64,000 nucleotides of DNA from Deltaproteobacteria bacterium (lineage in GTDB: Bacteria > Myxococcota > Kuafuiibacteriia > Kuafuiibacteriales > Kuafuiibacteriaceae): NCBI GenBank assembly GCA_040218735.1, contig JAVJQW010000061.1, forward strand, positions 96,001-160,000, written 5' to 3'. The position numbers were made by a program, and so were the translations under genes. A model generated the notes under the pieces. The model worked only from the letters and a program-made list of their open reading frames with translations, did not search any database and was not told the DNA's origin. Below are positions 7,679 through 15,014 of this stretch, in pieces (positions within the stretch are counted from its first letter, which is position 1; each line of letters opens with the position of its first letter).

Positions 7679-9859
7679 ATGGGCAACACGGTCTTCTACA
7701 CGATCCACGCGAGCAACAAGATCTCCGCGGACGAGATCGAAACGCGGCTCATGCCGCTCGCGTTCCTCCCGCCCAACGACAAGGAGCGGCGGCGACTCGC
7801 GTCCGGCGTGCTTCGGTCCTACTCGGCCGGCGAGAACATCTTTGCGCAAGGTGAGTACGGCACGTCGATGTTCGCGCTCATGCGCGGGCGCGTGAGCCTG
7901 CAGCTCGCCTCGGGGTTCGGTGCGGAGGCGCCGGGTTCGGAGGCGCAGAAGGGCATCGACATTCCGCTTCGGGTCCTCGACGCGGACGGTGATCAAAACT
8001 GGTTCGGTGAACGGGCCGTGCTCGGGCGAGGCCTGCGACCGTACACCGCGTGTGCGCTCACCGACGTGATGGTCCTGCAGATCGACAAGATCGACATCGA
8101 CCGCCTCGACGGCACGTACGGCGACGTCATCGCTCAGCTCGAACGCCTCTCCGAGCAGAACACGATCGAGACCTTCCTCCTCGGGCACCGCGCCTTTGCT
8201 TCGCTCACCTCGCGCGACCTACGACCCATCTGGTCGAACGGGCGACTCCGACAGTACGGACGCGGTGAAGTCATCGACCAACGTGGCGGATCCTCGGACA
8301 CCGTTCGGCTCGTGAAGGGCGGCGTGGCCAAACTCACCCGGGCGGGCGTCGGCGCCAACGCGCACGAGATCGTGCTCGCCTACTACGGCAGTGGGGATGT
8401 GGTCGGCACGGACGCCTCGCGGAGCCGGATGGGTTCGTTGCTCGCTATGAGTGTCACGGAGGTCGTGGAGGTTTCGAGGAACGCCTTCGACCAGGTCCGC
8501 GCGGTGGCCGAGGTGCAGCGCCCCGGTTGGTCCGAGCAGTTCGAGAAGGTCACCCTCGACGCCAACGATGCCCCCTCGCGCGTGAAGATCGGCGACGGCG
8601 CCTCTTCGCTCTTCCTCAACCAGCTCCTCGCCGACACCGCACAGGACGCGAAGTCACTGATGACCATCGATCTGGATCTCTGCATCCGGTGCGGCAACTG
8701 CGTGCGCTCCTGCGAGGCGCGCCACGGTTTCCCGAAGATGGTGAGGCGCGGAAACAAACTCGATCGCACGCCCGCGAACCCATCCGACCCCAAGCCGCTA
8801 CTCATCCCGACGTCGTGTCGTCACTGTGAGTCTCCGGAGTGCATGGTCGGGTGCCCGACCGGCGCCATTCACCTCAAACCCACCGGTGAGGTCGCGATTC
8901 GCAACGACTGCATCGGCTGTTCGAACTGCGCGCTGCGTTGCCCGTGGGACAACATCACGATGGTCGCGAGAGAGAAGGTCGAGCGGCCGGAGCTCGGGAT
9001 CGTCGTCGAGGAGATCGCGAGCAAGTGTGACCTCTGCTTCGGCTACTCGGAGGCCAACTGCGTCTACAACTGCCCGACGCAAGCCATCTTGCGCGTGGAC
9101 CCCGTGCAGTTCTTCCCGGAGGTCGCTGCGCAGCTGCCGGAGCGCAGGCACGCGCCGCAGGACGCGACGAAGCGCCGCACGGGTGCGGCCCGTGACCTCT
9201 CCCGGCTCGTCATCTGGTCCATCGCCGCGGTGCTGTTCGCGGTCCTCACGGCACTGTGGGCCACGGCGACTCCGTACAGCCCCGCGTCGGCGCGAGGCGG
9301 TGTCCTCGGTGGCGTCGCGCTGCTGTGTTTCGCGGGCGCCACCGCGCTCGCATGGCGAAGGCGGCGCAACGGGCTCGGGCGCCTGAAGGAGGAAGAACGA
9401 AACCGGCGCGCCGCCGACGCCAACGCACCATCCTCCGGGCGCGTGCAGTGGGGCCCGTTCTACCTGTGGGCGCGCGCGCACGTCGCGCTCGGCACGCTCG
9501 GGCTGGGCGCCGCGTTGCTGCACGCGGACTTCGCCGCGCGGAGCCTGCTGTCCGCGGGCCTCGTGTTGATGATGTTGTTCGCGATCGCGACCGGGCTGTT
9601 CGGCGTCTTCTGGGCGCGTTGGATGCCGAAGGCGATCACCCGCATCGAAGGGGACGCCCAGCTCGAAGAGGACCTGCGCGACGAGCTCGCGACGGGACTC
9701 GCCGACGAAGCCCGAGTCGCGCAGCTCGAAGCGGGGCTCCGCCTTCACGCCGTGCGACGTGTCTGGCTCGTCGCGCACATCTGCACCGCGGTCGGACTCC
9801 TCGCGCTCCTCGCGGTGCACGTGGTGGTGGGCCTTCGCATCCTGGGGGCGATGCTTTGA
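7679..9859 (+). CDS. Fusion: 2x cyclic-nucleotide-binding domain + DmsB/NrfC-like 4x[4Fe-4S] domain + ferric-reductase-like membrane domain
   Basis: cNMP motifs IFAQGE and FGERAVL...R; Cys motifs CIRCGNCVRSC, CRHCESPECMVGCP, CIGCSNCALRCP, CDLC...CVYNCP; about 5 TM helices with two H-x13-H pairs. Confidence 0.85.
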   Translation: MGNTVFYTIHASNKISADEIETRLMPLAFLPPNDKERRRLASGVLRSYSAGENIFAQGEYGTSMFALMRGRVSLQLASGFGAEAPGSEAQKGIDIPLRVLDADGDQNWFGERAVLGRGLRPYTACALTDVMVLQIDKIDIDRLDGTYGDVIAQLERLSEQNTIETFLLGHRAFASLTSRDLRPIWSNGRLRQYGRGEVIDQRGGSSDTVRLVKGGVAKLTRAGVGANAHEIVLAYYGSGDVVGTDASRSRMGSLLAMSVTEVVEVSRNAFDQVRAVAEVQRPGWSEQFEKVTLDANDAPSRVKIGDGASSLFLNQLLADTAQDAKSLMTIDLDLCIRCGNCVRSCEARHGFPKMVRRGNKLDRTPANPSDPKPLLIPTSCRHCESPECMVGCPTGAIHLKPTGEVAIRNDCIGCSNCALRCPWDNITMVAREKVERPELGIVVEEIASKCDLCFGYSEANCVYNCPTQAILRVDPVQFFPEVAAQLPERRHAPQDATKRRTGAARDLSRLVIWSIAAVLFAVLTALWATATPYSPASARGGVLGGVALLCFAGATALAWRRRRNGLGRLKEEERNRRAADANAPSSGRVQWGPFYLWARAHVALGTLGLGAALLHADFAARSLLSAGLVLMMLFAIATGLFGVFWARWMPKAITRIEGDAQLEEDLRDELATGLADEARVAQLEAGLRLHAVRRVWLVAHICTAVGLLALLAVHVVVGLRILGAML

Positions 9860-12800
9860 CGCAGGAACGGCACGTCGTCGTCGAGGACATCGACGCCGAA
9901 GGTACCGGCGAGCTGATCCTCGCGCGGTACGCGGACCGCGCCGCGCTGTCGTTCCTCTTCGGCCCGCACGAGGGGCGCCACGTCTTCATCGGCGACGGGC
10001 CGCTCACGTTCGGGAGCGGGAACACGTGTGATGTCGTCCTGGACGGCGACGGCGTCGCGCGGGTGCACGCGAAGATCGATCGCGACGGACCGAACTGGAT
10101 CCTGACGCGCCTCGACGCATCACTTCCGCTCGCGGTGGACGACCGCGCCGTCGCTTCGGCGTGTGTGTTGATCCACGGCGCCACGATCTCGGTCGGGCCG
10201 TCCCACGTCGTGTTCCTCACCGACGTCGTCGACCGCCGCGAAGGCACGCTCGCCGCGACGGTGCCCGCGTCGGCCGAGGCGGCGCGGTTCGTGTTGCCCG
10301 ATGGCCCCGCCAAGAAGCCGGGTGTGCTGCTCGGCTCGAGCCCGACCTGCGACGTGCCGCTCCTCCTGCGCAGCGTGCAGCGTCGACACGCGCGCATCGA
10401 CTACCGCGTTCGACCGACGGAGGGGGGCCCGCTCACCGGGGCCTTCGAGCTGTCGGATCTCAGCGGCGGTTCGACGTTCGTCAACGGCGACAAGGTTCAT
10501 AAGAAGTGGCTCGACACCGGGGACGTGATTCGCCTCGGCGGCTACGAGCTGCGCACGACGATCCGCGAGAACCGCTGTGAGATCACCGCGGCGGTCGTGG
10601 AACCGGACCGCGACATCCCGAGCTACGCGATCGACGTCCCCAGCGGACGAGCGGGCGCCACCGTGCTCCCGCGCCCGTCGGACGCACGCTCCGCCCAGGC
10701 CGCACCGCCGCGCTTCAGCCTGCAACCCAAGGACGGGAGTGTGTTCCGCACGCCGACCGAGATACTGCACAACGGCGCGACGATCCTCGCGCCGCAGGTC
10801 GCGCCGAAGGACAACCGCCTCGCGGTGAAGTGGAAGGAGCCGGACGACGTCCGCACGAGCACCCGGCTCCGCAACGCGGTCCTCGTCAGCGTCGCGCTGG
10901 GTGTCGTCACGGCCGGCGCGCTGATCTTCGCGGGCGGTGACGAGGTCTCCGCGCTCCCGCCCGTCCGCCACACCCAAGATGTCGCGTGCGCGAGCTGCCA
11001 CGTCGGAGGCGCGGCCGCCACGCCGACCGTCGAGGCCTGCACCAGCTGTCACGAACACGAGGGGTACGAGCATCGCGTCCGCCCTGCGCACGCGTTCGGC
11101 GAGGACATCACGAGCTGCGCCGACTGCCACGGCGAGCACCGTGAGGCGTCGGAGCCGAAGCAGGTCGCGAGCGCGCGATGCGCCGCGTGTCACGAGTCGC
11201 GGCATTCGAAGCTCGTCGTTCGCGGCGCCCCGCCCGAGATCGTCGAGGCGCCGGGGATCTTCGCGGACGTCGAGGAGACACCTCGACCGTATCGACTCCA
11301 GCTGCACCGCCTTCACGACGCGGTGCCGCACCGGTGCCGTGCGTGCCACGAAGCGGACGGTGCCGCGCGTTCGCCGGGCGCAGCCTGGAACGCGTGCGGG
11401 AGCTGCCACGTCCAGCTCGCCGAGGGCCTCGCGATTCAGTCGTGCGCGAGTTGCCACGTCGAACACCGCGACGAACGCGCCGCGCCGGCGGAGCGCACGT
11501 ACGCCGCGGCGAGCGCGTTGCCGTGGTCGGCGGGGATCGTGCTCGGGTTCTTGTTGTTGACGGCGCTGCTGCTGCGCGTCGTGCCGAGCCGCGCGCACGA
11601 GCGGGAACGCAAGGTCACGCACGAGGAGGTTCCGCCGCCGGGGCTCGGACGCAAGAAGGAGCTCGAGACACCGCCGACCGAGTGCCCCGGTGCGGAGCGT
11701 GGACAAGCGATCAAGCTGCCTCGGCTGTACCCGGAGAAGTGCGTCGGGAGTCGGACGTGTGTGGAGCGCTGCCCGTACAACGTGCTCGAGATGAAGGACG
11801 GCCTCCCCGAGCTGGTCGCGCCGCACAAGTGTCACGAGTGTGGGATCTGCGTGGAGGTTTGTAAGTTCAACGCGCTCGAGATGGTCGAGCCGAACAAGCC
11901 GGCCAAGACGGAGGAAGTGCCCGCGCTGTCCGCCGACTTCGAAACGGGGCTCACGCCCGAGCGGCGCGGCCTCTACGTGATCGGACACGCAGCGGGCGTG
12001 TCGAAGGTGAAAAACGCGGCCAACCTCGGGGTGTGGGTCGTGCAGCACATGATCGACGAGGGCGGTGTGAAGCCAGGGGCCGCGGCGCGACTTGGACTGT
12101 CCGCCGAGGTCATCATCCTCGGCGCCGGCCCCGGTGGGTTGGCGGCCGCCGTCAACGCGCGCGAGGAGGGGCTGACTTCGATCGTCTTCGACGTGGAGGA
12201 CGAAACACTCTCCACGATTCGTAAGTACGGCGCGACGAAGAAATACGAGGCGAACCCACCCCACGTCGAGAACAAGGGTCCGTTCGTGCTCGAGACCGGG
12301 CAGCAACCTGGCTTGCTCTCGGCGATCGAGAGCGTCGTCGTTCGCGCGGACCTCGACATCCGGTTGGGCGTGAAGCTCGCGAAGGAGAACAGCCTCACGC
12401 AGGACGGTGACGTGCTGACGCTCGACACGAATCAGGGCGCCTTCACGGCGCTTCGGTTGATCGTCGCGGTCGGGATGGGAGAGCCGCGCAAGCTCGGACC
12501 CGAGGTCCCGGTCGCGCCGGGTACGGACATTCGTTACTCGATCGTCGAGGGTGAGCCGCCGAAGGGTAAGGCGGTGATGGTGAACGGCGCCGGTAACATG
12601 GCGCTGGAGGTGGCCGCGCAGCTCGAGGCCCGCGGGAATCGGGTGACGATCATCTACCGCGGAGACAAGTTGAAGAGCGCGAGCCCCGGGAACGTCGAGA
12701 TGCTGGAGCAGCTCGTCGGAGCGGGGCGGCTGACACTCCTCATGGAGACGTCTCCGGTGGCGCTCGCGCCCGGCGCGGTGACCGTGCGCACGAAGGACGC

Positions 12801-12966
12801 CCCGTCCGACCAGCGCATCGACGCCGACGTGTTCTACTGCCTGATCGGCCAGATCGCGCCCACGAAGTGGCTCGATGGCCTCGGCGTCCCGGTCAAGGAC
12901 CGCCCGATGACGGAGCGTGTCCCCCGGACCGACCAGCCTCAGTTCTTGCTGCGCAAACAGGAGTGA
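9856..12966 (+). CDS. Fusion: FHA-FHA / TM / heptaheme c / TM / 2x Fe-S ferredoxin / TrxB-like FAD-NAD(P)H oxidoreductase
   Basis: Start moved to TTG 9856 (TTGA overlap). FHA motifs FGSGNTCDVVL..VARVHAKI and LGSSPTCDVPL..VQRRHARI..STFVNG. Seven CxxCH. CVGSRTCVERCP and CHECGICVEVC. IILGAGPGG and GAGNMALE..IIYR. Confidence 0.85.
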   Translation: MTQERHVVVEDIDAEGTGELILARYADRAALSFLFGPHEGRHVFIGDGPLTFGSGNTCDVVLDGDGVARVHAKIDRDGPNWILTRLDASLPLAVDDRAVASACVLIHGATISVGPSHVVFLTDVVDRREGTLAATVPASAEAARFVLPDGPAKKPGVLLGSSPTCDVPLLLRSVQRRHARIDYRVRPTEGGPLTGAFELSDLSGGSTFVNGDKVHKKWLDTGDVIRLGGYELRTTIRENRCEITAAVVEPDRDIPSYAIDVPSGRAGATVLPRPSDARSAQAAPPRFSLQPKDGSVFRTPTEILHNGATILAPQVAPKDNRLAVKWKEPDDVRTSTRLRNAVLVSVALGVVTAGALIFAGGDEVSALPPVRHTQDVACASCHVGGAAATPTVEACTSCHEHEGYEHRVRPAHAFGEDITSCADCHGEHREASEPKQVASARCAACHESRHSKLVVRGAPPEIVEAPGIFADVEETPRPYRLQLHRLHDAVPHRCRACHEADGAARSPGAAWNACGSCHVQLAEGLAIQSCASCHVEHRDERAAPAERTYAAASALPWSAGIVLGFLLLTALLLRVVPSRAHERERKVTHEEVPPPGLGRKKELETPPTECPGAERGQAIKLPRLYPEKCVGSRTCVERCPYNVLEMKDGLPELVAPHKCHECGICVEVCKFNALEMVEPNKPAKTEEVPALSADFETGLTPERRGLYVIGHAAGVSKVKNAANLGVWVVQHMIDEGGVKPGAAARLGLSAEVIILGAGPGGLAAAVNAREEGLTSIVFDVEDETLSTIRKYGATKKYEANPPHVENKGPFVLETGQQPGLLSAIESVVVRADLDIRLGVKLAKENSLTQDGDVLTLDTNQGAFTALRLIVAVGMGEPRKLGPEVPVAPGTDIRYSIVEGEPPKGKAVMVNGAGNMALEVAAQLEARGNRVTIIYRGDKLKSASPGNVEMLEQLVGAGRLTLLMETSPVALAPGAVTVRTKDAPSDQRIDADVFYCLIGQIAPTKWLDGLGVPVKDRPMTERVPRTDQPQFLLRKQE

Positions 12967-12996
12967 TCGTTTCGCGCGGGTCGCCGCACGACGGAG

Positions 12997-13944
12997 GTGA
13001 TGCTGCTGAAGAACGCCCGCCGCCTCGTGATCCTCTGCACCGCCGTCCTCCTCACGAACCCGCTCACGGTCTGTGTCGTGGGCCGAATCAACCGCCTCCT
13101 CGGCCGCCCGCTATGCACGATGTTCGTAGGTTACGCCGCGAGCCGGGAGTACAGCCAGGCCTACGCCTTCTCGTTCATGCTTCCCTGGATTCGCTACACG
13201 CCGATGATCGTCGGACTGTTCATCCAGAACGGGCGACTCGGAATCATCGCGATGACGAGCTCGGTCGAGCCCGACTTCCTGTCGCCGGTGCACCTCGACC
13301 GGCTCCACGAAGGCTGCCACCGAATCGCGGAGCGCCTCGGCATCGAGGAGGTGAACTTCTCGGGCATCCTCCCCACGGTGTTTCGGCGCGCGGGGCTGAT
13401 GACCGAGCTGCATCATCAGTCGCGCTGTCGTGTCGTGGGTCGCGTCGTGACGGACGCGGCCATTCGCACCGCGGAGGCACACGACATCGACGCGTACCTC
13501 CCGATCGTCCTGTTGGGCGGGCGCGGCAGCGTCGGTCGAGCGGTCTCGGCGGAGCTGGGACGACGTGGACGCACGTGTTTCATCGTGGACCTGAACGATC
13601 GATGGCCGGAGCACCTCCGCGGCGAGCGCATCCTCCTCGTCGACGTTTCCAAACGCGGCGCGCTCGAACGCCGCGCGTCGCAGCTGTGGGAAGGCGTCGT
13701 GGTCCTCAACGAGGCCTACCCCGAGCCCGACCCCGGCACGGTCCGCGCGCTGCGCGCCCGCGGGATCGCGGTGCACCACGTGTGCGGCGTCGCGGCGACG
13801 TCCTTGCCGCCCTTCCCGGGCGCGTACGCCGGCGGCGTCCCGTGCTGCGCAGCGCGAGAAGATCCGGGACTTCGGGCCGTGGTCAAGACGCTGAGTGGCG
13901 TCCCGCGACGAAGCGCGGCGAACAAGACACGTCGCGCCGCCTGA
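12997..13944 (+). CDS. Rossmann-fold protein, possibly related to acyl-ACP reductase / COG5322 dehydrogenase
   Basis: GGAGGT RBS; IVLLGGRGSVGRAV nucleotide-binding motif; VNFSGILP; last gene before a terminator. Confidence 0.55.
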   Translation: MMLLKNARRLVILCTAVLLTNPLTVCVVGRINRLLGRPLCTMFVGYAASREYSQAYAFSFMLPWIRYTPMIVGLFIQNGRLGIIAMTSSVEPDFLSPVHLDRLHEGCHRIAERLGIEEVNFSGILPTVFRRAGLMTELHHQSRCRVVGRVVTDAAIRTAEAHDIDAYLPIVLLGGRGSVGRAVSAELGRRGRTCFIVDLNDRWPEHLRGERILLVDVSKRGALERRASQLWEGVVVLNEAYPEPDPGTVRALRARGIAVHHVCGVAATSLPPFPGAYAGGVPCCAAREDPGLRAVVKTLSGVPRRSAANKTRRAA

Positions 13945-13971
13945 ACCTCTCGATCGAATCGAACTTCGAAG

Positions 13972-14015
13972 AGACCCGCTCGCAATTTCGCGAGCGGGTC
14001 TTTTTTCGTTTTTTT
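13972..14015 (+). terminator. Rho-independent terminator
   Basis: 12-bp perfect stem AGACCCGCTCGC/GCGAGCGGGTCT, 6-nt loop, followed by T-rich tract TTTTTCGTTTTTTT. Confidence 0.9.
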
Positions 14016-14062
14016 CTCGCGGCGGTGATCGAACCCGAGACCTCTCTTCACGGAGAGGTCAA

Positions 14063-15010
14063 ATGGAGATCATCAACATGAACACCGCCCTCACCCGCAT
14101 CGTCGCTTCGTTCGCCTGTGCTTCCTTCGTCGCCTGCGGCGGCGTCGCGCCGACCGACACCACGGCCGCGAACGCGTCCACGCTCGAGGTGCAGGTGGAG
14201 CCGTCGATCGTCGACTCCATCGCGACCATGGGGAAGGACTCGCGCTACTTCCGTGACCTCATGAAGCAGGCCAGCATCCTCGACCTCTTCGACAACCCAC
14301 GCTTCCAGGTCACCGTCTTCGTGCCGCACCGTAGCGCGCTCGAGGCGTACATGGAGCGTCGCCCGTGGCTCGCGAAGCCGGGCAACGAAGACGAGCTCGC
14401 GGAGCTCCTGCTCGGGCACTTCGTCCCGGGTCGCATCGAGCAGAGCGCGCTCCGCGGCGCCGACCTCGCAACGCTGGTCGACGACGTCGGCCTCGCGATC
14501 GTCGACCCGCAGGTGCGGCTCGGCTCGCGCACCGGGCGTACCGCGAACATCCACGGCCTTGCTGCGAGCGCCTTCTCGGGGAACGTCTTCACGATCGACG
14601 ACGTTCTCCCCCCGCACGCCGACCTGACGACCGCGCTGCGGGCTCGCCGCCCCCTCTTCGCCGCCGCCTTCGAAGTCGCGTACCCCCGCGGCCTGCCCCG
14701 CGAGCTCACCGTCCTGATGCCCGACGACCAGGCCCTCCTCGACGCCCGCCTCGACCTCGCCGCGATCCAGTCGGGCCGCGTCGACCGGCAGGTCGTGGAC
14801 TTCGTCCGCCGCCACACCATCGACGGCCGCATCACGCTCGACGACCTCGAGAGCCGCAAGCTGTTCACCCTCGCCGGCGCCCCGGTGCGGGCCGAGGCGA
14901 CGAAGCACGGCCCGATGCTCCGCGTGGGTCGCGACGCCAAGGTGCGCCTGCTCGACACCGACATGCACCGCGACGATGGCGCCATCCACGAGCTCGACGG
15001 GGCGCTCTGA
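14063..15010 (+). CDS. Lipoprotein with two fasciclin (FAS1) domains
   Basis: Start ATG 14063 or 14078; FVA-C lipobox; VTVFVP..LLLGHFVPG..VFTIDDVL and LTVLMPDD..RHTIDG..GAIHELDGAL. Confidence 0.8.
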   Translation: MEIINMNTALTRIVASFACASFVACGGVAPTDTTAANASTLEVQVEPSIVDSIATMGKDSRYFRDLMKQASILDLFDNPRFQVTVFVPHRSALEAYMERRPWLAKPGNEDELAELLLGHFVPGRIEQSALRGADLATLVDDVGLAIVDPQVRLGSRTGRTANIHGLAASAFSGNVFTIDDVLPPHADLTTALRARRPLFAAAFEVAYPRGLPRELTVLMPDDQALLDARLDLAAIQSGRVDRQVVDFVRRHTIDGRITLDDLESRKLFTLAGAPVRAEATKHGPMLRVGRDAKVRLLDTDMHRDDGAIHELDGAL

Positions 15011-15014
15011 GTTG

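Noticed and set aside
9256-9855. N-terminal extensions in the ORF track (also 5123, 5800, 13895, 28122, 41993, 45101, 54640, 55480)
   Set aside because: They overlap neighbouring real genes or intergenic signals. Better starts with RBS, signal peptides or stop-start coupling exist downstream.
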